A stretch of 64,000 bases of DNA from positions 1 to 64,000 of the forward strand of contig DF237129.1 in assembly GCA_000708835.1 (NCBI GenBank). Direction: 5' to 3'. Numbering within the stretch: the stretch's first letter is position 1; every line of letters begins with the position of its first letter. This stretch comes from Klebsormidium nitens. Lineage: Eukaryota > Plantae > Klebsormidiophyceae. The notes under the pieces are model-generated. The model searched no databases. It saw only the letters and a program-made list of their open reading frames with translations, and was not told the origin of the DNA. Positions 47,640 to 59,056 of this stretch are shown in pieces. The translations under genes and the position numbers were made by a program.

Positions 47640-50600
47640 TTAGTACTGTCCATATTGGGAGTACTGAGCTGCTTGAGGTGCGGTGTATTGAGTAGGATAC
47701 GATGCAGCTTGTGTCTGGTCATAAGCTCCAGCCGCGGGGGCGTTGTAGTACCCCTGGTTGTAGCCCCCCGCTGCAGCAGGCGCCGTGGAGCCACCCGCCA
47801 TATAGCTCTGCGCACAAAGACGGTTTCCATACTCTCTTGCAAGTGCTTTTGTTCCGATGCTGCCAATACCTAGCTTTTGGTTCCCAACGTCATCGCGCTT
47901 CCAAAGTGAACGGAACTCGTGCGGGCCACAAATTGATGGACAAGCCTCAAATGTCCCGATCCGTGCACTCTCCAGCCGAATACCGGAAGAGCCGAGGACA
48001 TCAAAATTTCCAGATTTTTGTCGGCTGCAAGTCTGTTCGCGGCCTGGCAAGATAACTTTCTTCGGCCCTGCCCCAAAACCCTCTCACTCATCCATCGCAC
48101 CCATCTCACAAGCATCTGCGTAGTGCACAGCTGCAGAGATTTCGTATGAGCATTGAAGCGTCTGCGCGCATGTCCCTCACCTCGACTAGCCTCTGCGCGG
48201 TCGACACCTGCGTTTGGCTGCCCGTGATTTCGAACGACAGGTTCTGGTTCGCGTCCGCCATCGTCACGATGACTGTCGCTCCGCTAGTTTGCCGGATGTG
48301 GCTCAGGCGGCTCCCCGCTGGTCCCAGGATCGCGTCCGTGTACGCTACAGGCACCGTCATCTTTTGCACGATCTGGGAAAGCAGCAGAAACGGAAGCTTA
48401 TTGGTAATGTGCAATCATCTTGTGCGATCATCAGACATTTTCCGAACTCGGACAGTGTTCTCACACTCAAGTACTTTCGCCCTGTAAAACGTAGGAAAAC
48501 AAAAGGAACGGTGAAACGAAGAAATGCTCCTGCCATAGAGGTGTTCCGGTATGCATACCAACAAAACTCTGTGCAAACCATGAACCTCGCCGGGTATGAT
48601 TCCGCCTCTCGAATGTACGTTCTTGCTGAAGCCAAGATTGTCAAAGACCGAAAAGGGTCGGGGATAACCAACCGAAGTGTAATCCTACCGCTTCAGGACA
48701 ATTGCGCAACACAGAAAAGGGGCCATGATAGAGCCCGCCGCTTGATCAACTCAACGAAGAAGCAGGAAGCCTACTTGGATCAAGCACAAAAGGAACTTGC
48801 TCAATCGGGTCTCCCAAGATCGCTCGTCCTACCAATCAGGTATCTCGTGCCTATGGCATCGTCAAGCGAAGCATAGCATCCACCCAAAAGTCTTCCCCTC
48901 TACCGAAACCCGCAGCAGTAGACTATGGTGCCCTCTTGTGCGTCAACTTACCTGCCCGATTGGTGCCGCTGCGGCATAAGGGTCCGGTTGTCCACCATAC
49001 GAAGCAGGCCACTGCGACGCCTGAGAGCCATAACCGCCCCCTGACTGACCGTATCCCCCGCCATAATCGCCGGCCCCGTTTCCGTATCCTGCATTGCGGC
49101 AAACGGCTCGACTCAGTCTCCATGACCGACGAGGAAAAGCGAAAGCGGAAGCGGCAGCAACCAGAGACAGCTGTCGAGAGTGCAGGAGGAAAGCAGACAG
49201 ATACAATGACAGAGAAACGACCTAGCCTCATCGTAAGATGTCATGGCTGGAGCAATCCTTCGAACAGACGTCAGACGCGCCTCCATCTGCGATGTCTCAC
49301 CGCTTCGTTCTCAGTTCTGACCAGTCGCAAGCTCCAAAAGAAGACAACAGTCTTCTGAAAAGCCGAGTTTCTTGAACGGAGAAAATCAAAGATGCTTGAT
49401 CCGAATGTAGTACAGTGCCACGTAACCCGGCGGAACTTAAGATGCATCCGTAAATGTACGGCTGTACGTTGTCATCTGCATCCATCATGTGAGATTGCCA
49501 AAAGACGCTGTGGAAAGGAATGCTAGCCGCCAGCATATGCTCACCTGCGCTAGCCCCACCGTACGACATAGGCGCCGCAGATTGACCGGCTGGTTGTTTA
49601 GACCTCTCCTGTAAGGGCAGAATCAACGGCTGAGCACCAACGATCTCCGCGGCACGACATCTGATTCGAGGACTCCTGCTGTACGCGAAGATGGAGCTCA
49701 CTTATAGCCTCAGGGAAGGAACATTACTCTCGAGAACGCCAGCATCGAACTCCGACTTCGAATGCATACCAATGGTCAAAGATCAGTCTCAAATTGAAGA
49801 TAGAAGCCGACTTGCATGCCGTTCAGCCCGAAAGCTGTGCCCAGACACCGTTTCACACGAGCATTCCTGCAACCCACGTCTCTTCGTAGCAGATGCGCAG
49901 AAAACAGTGGAAATGAACGACCTCTGGAAGGACTCGACCACGCCTAGGCCTAGCTTCGAGGCTCAAGTATGAAGTCGTTTTCGCTCCCCGAGTGAGTGGA
50001 ACGACGTGGAAGGCGACAGCCTCACTGGTGGGGTATGGCTTCAAGTCCCGTTGCCCGCAACGAGATTAGAAGTTTGCGTAACTTATAGGGTAGAAATGAG
50101 TGTGGACGTTACAGGTCGGAGGCTCACCGGGTGTTCGAGGTGCGGCACGGCGGAGCGGTCGACGAGGTACTTGCGCAGCTGGAGGGCGCATACGCGCAGC
50201 GCAGTCTGGACGGCCGCCACGGGGCCCGAGATCTCCACCAGCCGGTCGTCAGGCAAGGCGTACAGGCCGACGTCACCTACCAAAAAAGAAGAAAATAACA
50301 TGAGGGCTTTGTGGAGGTGACCAACTGATTGTCAAGTGACTGTGGGATTCCTCGGTGTCAGGAACCCGAACGCGCCGCCCGCTTTGCTCTGGTATGCCGC
50401 GGGGTATACCTCAAGAAAACTGCCACGCCAGTAAATCTACACATTGCCAGAACACAAGACTTGCATGTGATTGGCTTTGGGTCTCTGTATGTTCAAACAA
50501 TTGAAGCAAGCGTTGTATTTTGGGAGGACCATCAGGAGGGCGACAGCAACGGCTCCCGAGGCTCCGCCGGCCCACAGAAAACGAGAGCCCCGAAAGTATC

Positions 50601-53083
50601 GCCGTTCTTTTTTAGTGTGCAAACCTGGAATCCTATCCTGTCTGCATCAGATTAACCTGCCTCGCATGAGAAAAAAATAACGGCTGCATATTTTGGTGTC
50701 GTTATGTGGGTTTCTTAAGATCGCTTCAAGTCAAATCGCTCCAGACTACGCTCTCCAAAGAACGGACCACAACTAGCAACCCAGGATTCATGTGGAACGA
50801 GAGGCTGGGAAGCGGAAAGTAAAGCTGCCGAGCAAGCAATCCTTTCCCGAATCCACTGATATTCAGGACACTTCCAGCGGGTCCTCCAAAGAGACTCCAG
50901 ACCCCAAGCAGAGCGCTCGTAAAAACAACCGGCAAAGCCGAGTTGTATCGAGCTAACTCACTCCTCACAAACTCGCTCTCCTGCAGGACCTTGATGCTCG
51001 CCCGCGTCTGCTCCTGCATCGCCTTGATCGTCCCCCCGCCCTTCCCGATGAGCGTTCCCGCCTGCACCTGCGGGATCAGCAGCTTGGCGGTGGCCGTCTC
51101 CGGAATGGGGGGCGGCGGCCGCCCCTGCTGGTCCTCATCGTCGTGCCCCCCCAGAACAGCGCGGTCGTGCACCTTTAGGAGGGCTACCACGGCCGGGGGG
51201 AGCTCCATGTCGTAATTCTCGCGGGCGGACACGAGCACCTGGGAAAAGGAGGGGGTTGAAATTTCAGCCAACGGAAGGTAACTACTTTTGGATGTGCAAA
51301 AGCATGCATTGATAGACTTCACGAGATTGGATGTCCTGCTCTGGATAAAAAGTAGAGGGACAACGCCGAGGACACATGGTCCAGAAACGCACTACTGCCC
51401 AAAAAGTCAAGGAACACTGAGCTGAAGAAGGTTGGTACATGCGGGAGATTCAACGAGAGAGTCTGCAACAGCGCTGTCTGCTTTCGAGAGGCTAAGGCAA
51501 GCGAACTGTGTCGGCAGTCAGCCAGGCTGATGGGCAGCGTCGGAGACAAGTTGGAGGTACGTACGGTTTCTTTGACAATCGAGTTACTGTTTCGTGCAGC
51601 TCTAGAAAGCAAGCTACAATCCAGCAGAGGCAAAACGCACAGACTCTTGCAGGTCCCCTCGCAATCAGAATACAAGAATGCAGTTGTGATACAAGTAGAT
51701 TGTTGGGCAAGCCAGCTCACCCCTCTCTCCTCTGTCCTTGGAATTGCCTCCATCACCTTCACACGGGCGTTTGTCTCCTGACATAGGTTCTTGATCCACG
51801 CACCTTTCTTCCCAATGATTAACCCAACCTGCAAACCGAGTGGACGTCCAACTGATCATTGCCTCTAGCCCAAGCGTACCTTTACTTGCACACTGAAGGA
51901 CCCCATTGAGAGCAGAGTAAGGTACATCTCCGTAGCCTCAGATTCATTGATTAGGGGATAAACAATACTGTGGAATCTGCCAGCTGATCGATTTGTTCCG
52001 GCGCTCGGTTTTCCCAACGATCGAATCCATCCTATTGATGTGCAACTCAAGATGAGGTGTCGGCACACACAAGGCAAAAGAGCTCGGAGGCGCTTGGACA
52101 GGCGATTGAGCTGCCTGCAAAAACATTGCAGCCTTACAAACTGCAGCTTAGCTGCTGCCAAAGTGAGCCTGGAAGCGACTAGAAGAAAACGAGCTCAAGA
52201 AGCCTCGACCAGAGTGGTCCGACCAGCTCTGGAGATAAGCCGAGTCACACCCTAAGCCTGCTCAATGATCACCTCAGTCGACAAAACTTAAAAGTCAGAG
52301 GGCAGGGACTCTGCACCACCACTTCTAACATCGGAGCCACATTCTAGATCCCCGGCTGCACAAATGAAAGCGCCATCCCCTCGTGATAGAGCAATACAGA
52401 AATCTCAAGGCAAACGAAATAGGGAAATTGCGGCAGCTTGATGCACTGGTTCCAATAGACCACAAAAACGTATTCTGGGTATCCATTCTGACGAAAAACA
52501 GAATGATGTGGCCAAACATGGACAATTCAGCACATTTGTTCCTGACGTCAACACCAGCAAGCTCACGCTTGATCCGAGCAGATATAGGTCAACAAAATGC
52601 TTGCCAGGGCTTGAATTGCCGGCGCCATCAACAGCACTCAAAGATTGACTCCGTGTCCAGATATGCAACGGAAAGGCTTTGTCAAAATGAGGCATCAAGC
52701 CAACACAAGACCCACAGAGGTAACTTTCTAACCGACTCTACATGGCCAAACTTATCATCAAAAGTGGTAATGCCCGGGAACAATCGACATTAAATCCGAC
52801 AAAAGATCCACAATCTGCTCCACGCATGCGAACCCCTGACAAGACACATCTCCCAGACAAGGCACCTATCAGACAAGAAACCACAATCAAGCCTTACCCT
52901 ATTTACAGGAACTACCAGGCGGTACACATTCTCTCCAGGGTACCCTGGCCAGGGGCCCCCCGCCTGCTGCTGCTGCTGGCCTGTCGGGACAGCTCCATCA
53001 AACCCGTCTTCCCGGGCCCGCTTCATCCCAACAGCCTCTGCTGAAGGAAACTGGATCGGCGCCGCTGGCTCATACTCCGCCAT
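47640..53083 (-). CDS. FLK: Triple-KH-domain RNA-binding protein, FLK/PEPPER-like, about 426 aa, 8 exons
   Basis: Exons 53083-52898, 51828-51721, 51238-50962, 50276-50128, 49608-49545, 49088-48952, 48372-48181 and 47807-47640. Motifs: WPGYPGENVYRLVVP, three KH GxxG loops (IIGKKG, LIGKGG, ILGPAG), DDRLVEISG and a Gly/Tyr/Gln-rich C-terminal region. Confidence 0.85.
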
Positions 53084-53308
53084 GGTTCTCAAAGTCGTGC
53101 TAAGGAACCCTGAGTGGCCAATTGTCTACTGCAAGTAGAACGAACTCTAACCAGTCCTCCCCTCGCTTCAACGTTCAGCCCTCTTGCTTCGAAGCAGCTC
53201 TGCTTCCTAGCCTGCCTCAGGCCAGGCTGCCTTGCTGGTTCTGCGAACCCTGAAAGCCGTTATATGAGCTGCTACATATGAGCTGTGTTTTTGAGCACAT
53301 TTTGTATA

Positions 53309-53632
53309 CCGTACGACCAGAGTATGATTCCGAACGCTCAAAAAAAGCAATTATTTAAGTGAATGCGAGCCCATTTTGACCAATATTTTCCAGAATCCGA
53401 CCCTAAATCCGAATCCCTTGTAGAAACCACGGTACCCGTGTTTTTTGCCCGTTCTTTTCGAACAGGTACGTACCGGCAACCTATACGGGGTCCAAAATCA
53501 CTTTCCGAATCCATTTTATAGTAATTATTTACCTTTTCCGAAAAAGCAGATTCCGAATGCTTATCTGGAGTTTATGACTTTCCGAATGCAAATAATTATT
53601 TATATATTCGGAATCATACCTTGGTCGTACGG
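53309..53632. mobile_element. Tc1/mariner-type MITE (324 bp), TA TSD, in the FLK/PEX4 divergent promoter
   Basis: TACCGTACGACCAGAGTATGATTCCGAA (53307-53334) and the inverse at 53607-53634 match at 26/28. The AT-rich interior has repeated (T/A)TCCGAA words. Confidence 0.85.
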
Positions 53633-54179
53633 TAACCTATGTAGCGGCTCCGTTTGACAATCAGGTTCTGTGTATACCCCATCTTAATACCTTGGCAATT
53701 CCAAATCCAGGTTTGCTGTACAAACTTGATTGCTTGGTCCTCCCATACGCTATGGAATTTGGCCTTTGAAATTGAAAGAAGGGGCCCAGATACAGAAGAC
53801 TGTTGGAGGCCACTGAACATCGCTGGCAAGTGTTGCATGGAGGAAACAATCTGTGCTGTTTGATTGAACAGAGCCTGAGGTGTAAGGTTTCTTTGAGGCG
53901 GCCATCTTTTAGGTTTCTGAAGTTCTGAAGGCTGACCTTTTCAGTCTGGAGGAGATTGAGGCCCCCGAGCTCCTGGTTGTGGAAGCTGGATTCCGTTAGT
54001 GGCGGTGGGGTCGGACTTGCGCTTGTGGTCGCCGCTCTGGTGGAGGAGAGCTTTCTGCTATTTTTAAACTGAAGACAGCATCCAGTTCATAGAAGTGCAT
54101 CAGCGCACTTGAGTAGAGAAGAGGACTCTGAAGTTCAATCAAGCAGGGCAAAGCGACATTCTTTCCTTCCGACGAGAAG

Positions 54180-57100
54180 ATGGTGAGGATATCAATGGTC
54201 TACTGTGTATGCTAGTTTGGCTGTTTCAAGCCCTGGAGCTATGTTGATGATCCACTTGCTGTGGCTCTCCAGACCTTCCATGAGTGCAAGGTTGCTCGTC
54301 TTGGCTTGATCTTCGAGACCTCTTGAGAATCGGATATTCATTGCTGGCAATAGAACCAGCCTACCAGAAGCATTATATCAAGGTACCTGGGGCAGTCGAG
54401 CACTATATTGGAATTTTTGCATCGTCTGGCAGTTTACCTATGTGTTCATTCAGCAGATGGGATGCTGCTGCATCTCATGCCAAACGTCGCAAAGTAGAAT
54501 TCTACTCTCATCTAGAACACGATTCAGGGCGCACTTGGCAGAACATTGATTAGCTTTCCGCGCCAACATAGGACGTGGAGAACAGGATTCTCGTTTGGTT
54601 ACTGGTTGGTCTCTTTGAATTCTCGCTTAAATTCTCCCAGCAATACCACGCCTACCCTATTTTCTGAAAAGTAAGCACATGATTGCAAGTTCCATTTGGC
54701 TATCGATCTTATCATACCCTCTCGTTTAGAAGTCGGCACCTTGGAGACCAAGGGACCATAGGTGGTAGGCCAGACGCCGTCTCCATTATGTGAAGGGGCC
54801 ATAGGTTCATCTAGACTTCGACCTCTTTCATTGCTGTGATTTTCCTGGACCACTTACAGCTTCAAGCGACCACTTAACAATTTGGCTCTGGTGCAGGCGT
54901 CCCGCTCAAGGCTGTTCAAGGAGTTTAAGGAAGTGCAGAGGGATAAGAAGGACACAGACATCGTGCTCTTTCCGGACGAGTCCAACATCTATCGATGGAC
55001 CGCATACATCAAGGTGTGTCGCGCTTTTGCAGTCCTGGCTTCGGACAAAATCTGTTGACAAGGTTACCGATTTATCTGCTGACATGGGGCCAAATACCAA
55101 ACAGAAAGTGACTCCGGGGTAATGGGACAAATTTGGCAGACAACTGTTTGAAGGGAGGCTCCTGTTTGAACCAAATGATGGCCCGTTCGAGGTTCTCCAA
55201 TTCTCACCAGCTTCTCCTGGGTTGGAGGAAGTGTTCGAGTGTTCCTTGTTTGTCAGTCTGCTAAGTTTGGCAGTGGCATAGACTTCATCATGTCCCACTC
55301 TAAGCCCAGTATGTCTTTTAGATAGTCCTGAAGCGAGACAGTCTTTTTGATGATTTGAAGTGCTAGTAGGCGCGCTGTGTGGAACCCAGAGCTAACCGGA
55401 TGACAAGTTTGACTCTTTTGGATCTCGCTGCTACACTTGCCCTTCCCAAACAGTCGGTTTTTCTGTGGTGTGGGTTTTCTTAAAGATACTTTGCTGGGGT
55501 TATGCAGGGCCCCGCAGAGACGCCATACGATGGCGGAACTTTCCAGCTGTCCATCAACGTCCCAGAAAACTACCCCCTGACTCCACCCGTTGTGCGGTGT
55601 AATACCAAAATCTTTCATCCAAATGTCCACTTCAAGGTGAGCTACAGACAGGTATTTCAATCTGAAATGTCGGAAGGGGGCTGCTTGCTAGCACAAAGAA
55701 GGCGGGAAGCCGGATGTCTCGTCAAACCCCTGTGCTGTCCTTAGCTCACAAGCCAAGGAAAGCGAGAGCAACTTTGGCCGCCTGCGAATGATCAGCACAG
55801 GGTTCCGACACCCTTCGTGATTGGGGGTTCGAAAACCTCTCTTTTAGTGAAGTAGTTATTGATCTTCTGGTTGGTGCTGTGGGCTTGCATCTGAAGCGCT
55901 CAAGTGAGCTTTTCACTAGGTCAACGTGTACGTTCCTGCAAGTATTTGGAGTCTGTATGGGCTACGCCCGTACCTTCCTTCCAAAATTCAAGCGATGCGA
56001 ATTGCTATGTTCCTTTGTTGCTTTCACTACCTGTCTACAGACCTGCTTCGAGGGCAGCGGGTTGGAACTTTGTCGCAAGGCAGGCCGGCTTTCATACTTG
56101 TGGAGCTGAAGTGAGCCCAGGATTGGAGAAATCTTGCTGTGGGAAAAGTGGCGGACGAGCAGGGACTAGGTCTCGTTCTGGGACTCTTTGGCCTATTCTA
56201 GGTTATTATTTCCAAGTTCCGGCTTCACTTTGGGAGAGCCGCTTTTGTTCTTTTTGAACTGACCTTCGTTCGGGACCTGGCTTCGGTTCGTCCACCACTG
56301 TCCGACCGCTTTGTCGACCACTTTCCAACTGGGATGCTCCACCCTTCGTCCCGCTCGGCTCCGATTTCAGCGATTGCACCTCGACGAGAGGCCACTTGTT
56401 CTGCATCGTCGTTTTACCTTTCGCAGAAGATGCAATCGGCTTCAGGTTGCGGGTACCGTTCTCTGGGTTTGAGGTCGATCGTCAGATCGTCAAAAATTAG
56501 GCCCGTCCACTCGAAACCTCCTAGACGTTCTCCTGGACAGCTGCTTCTTTCTCCGAGATTACTTGACTGACCAGTTCTTGCTGCGTTTCAGAGGGGGGAG
56601 TTCTGAACGGACAATCTGAAGGGCGTGGAGCCCTGCCGTGGAGTTTGTTTGGCTGACGTCATTGTTTGCTGCTTACAGACGGGGGAGATCTGCCTAGACA
56701 TTTTGAAAACCGCATGGAGCCCTGCCTGGACACTCCAGTCGGTCTGCCGAGCGGTGATTGCGCTCCTGTCACATCCAGAACCGGATAGCCCGCTCAACTG
56801 TGACTGTGGTAAGTAGCAACAACAGATTCGTAGACAGATTGTTTCGCTTTGGTTAGCTGTAAGGCTGTGTTTTCGCATTGTCTGGCTTGTTGAAATGTTC
56901 AAATGGCGTAGGCTGTCGAATCGGTTTTCCGACGTAGATCTCTAAAGTGGAAAAGCTTCGCGCTTGTCCTGTACAGTCGCAGGCTCGTCGTTGAGGCCGA
57001 TTCTTTGAATTGCTGATTGGAAGAGTTAATTTGTGTTCAAAGGTATTCAACCGGGGAAACGGTGTCAAGTAACACCCGGAAGGCGACTGACTCTTTTTAA

Positions 57101-57563
57101 GGAGGTCTGCGTGTTTGGTTTTGGGCTTCTACTAGAGCAGGGTCCTGAAATAGACGTTTCTATATCTTATTAAGGAGACGCATGCTTTCTCAATCCACTG
57201 ATTGTACCTTGATCATAGAAGGTCCTGGATCGGCTTATGTTTTACAAATGTCTGCTAAAAGTTTCTTAAGTCCACTTTGACCATTACCTTCCACTTCGAC
57301 CATTACCTAGGGAGCCGAGTTGCTCCACAATTCACTTGATGACTCAAAGAGTAACCGCCTTCAGCCCTTTTTCATTCTCTCAGGCTGCAATCGACTCATC
57401 TTGGTGGTTTTACTTAATCTGACCTACTCCGTAACACTCAGTTTTGTGCTTTTCAACGCATGCAGGCAACTTACTCCGAGCAGGGGATTTGAGGGGATAC
57501 AAGTCGATGGCTCGAATGTACACGAAACTAGCTGCTTCGCAAGTCAAGCCACCTTCCATCTGA
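54180..57563 (+). CDS. PEX4: Peroxin 4, peroxisomal ubiquitin-conjugating enzyme E2, about 158 aa
   Basis: Exons 54897-55013, 55508-55636, 56679-56808 and 57466-57563 encode [14 protein letters not shown]...[10 protein letters not shown]...[33 protein letters not shown]...[20 protein letters not shown]. The start codon is inferred as an ATG-only exon at 54180-54182 (ATG|GTGAGG) and is less certain. Confidence 0.92.
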
Positions 57564-59056
57564 TGTAGGCTCGAAATGAGGGTTAAGCTAAAACCCTGTC
57601 TCGATGGGGAGTCGTGAATATATCCGTCACAAAGACCTAGCTTTTGGGTAGACAGGTAATGATCCTGTTTAATGAGCATCTGTACATACATAGACTGATA
57701 TTTGGTTGAAAGATCAAGGACCGTCAACGTGGTGGCTGCCTACCCAACTCTTAAAGTTGATTTGATTGTGCATCTTGAATTCGTTCGAAATGCATGTGCA
57801 CTCGTTAAAACCCGTATGCGTAGAGCACCGCATTGGTATGTGTAAGTCTCCTTGGACTGCTGGCGGCTAGCCACCAACTGCCCCCAGTCCCCCACCAACA
57901 TGATAGAATGTCAACGACTTAGCCCAAACAAGTTGAGGTAATCATTTAGCAACCTTTCAAGCCGACTTGAAGTTTCAAGCGCGGTCCAAAAGTACGACTG
58001 CCATCCATGGTGCTCAGCAACGCGGCGGGGTTAGAAGTATCGTCAGGTACGGTATGCGGCCACCTTCAAACAGACCGTCTCGACCCGGCCATACTACTAT
58101 AAGTTCGCAAAGGATGATCTAATAAGCTGGTCCTCGCTTTTGTTTACTGTAGTATGAGTAAACAGAGTATAAGCCTTAGGCGATTTGGCCAGGGTTTCAA
58201 GAATTTACTACACTACTGGAGACCATGACGTGTGACGTCGACGTATAGTCCGCATTGAGGATGAGGGCTGGGTCAGCCTGGGTGTGGACTCTGGGAACCA
58301 TATGGCAGTGCAACATTCTGCCTGCATTATGCGATTCCGATTCTTCCGGAAGTGGCCGACCTTGTCCGGAGTCGGCGTGCGTTGCGTGGCGGTCCCCGGC
58401 CGGACTCCCATGCATGAGCTAGTCTGTGCAGATTGCACAATGTGCCCGGTACTGCACGTGTTGGGCTGTAGCCTCTAGCCTGTAGCTGTGTAGGTACCTA
58501 GCTGGTACAAGGTACGAGGCCCGGAACGAGCCCCCAAGCAGCTGCACTCAAATCCGCACCCGAAAATTCCGCATTATCCCAGTCACATCTCGCTAGATTG
58601 AGGGCTTGCATTGACGTTCAAACTTCATGCACCTCAGTCTGCCAGCCTAGTGAGGGGTCTCACAGCACGCTGGAAAGCCAAAGGCAAGAGCAGATTTTCA
58701 AGCTGGAAGAAGCTGATCACATGTCAAAGGCGCCACACAAACAATCACGTAGCTGCTGAAGAGGGTACTGCACCTTCCAAGTAAAGGCATTCCGTTGTCT
58801 GTGGACGCTGTCCACGCTAACATGTGCTCTGTCGTCTGTGGACTTCTTAACGGTTTGCCTTTTGGGGATTCTATGCTGCTGAGCTGCTGTGTACAAATGC
58901 AGGTATACCCACTGCTCCTTCAGCGGGTAGCGAAAGTGTTTAGAGAAAGACGAACAGCACTGAACCAATCAACTGGCATTTAGATAATATCATCACATGA
59001 ACCAGCATAGGAAAGGAAGTTGGAGCTGATTTGGACCCGCAGTCACGCTTCCAACT

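Noticed and set aside
58044-58054. CAGGTACGGTA matching the right end of the 6.3-kb MITE
   Set aside because: An 11-nt match only, with no further TIR similarity and no left end.
58197-58478. Overlapping short ORFs between PEX4 and the fucosyltransferase as a small gene
   Set aside because: No convincing splice structure, motif or strand preference.
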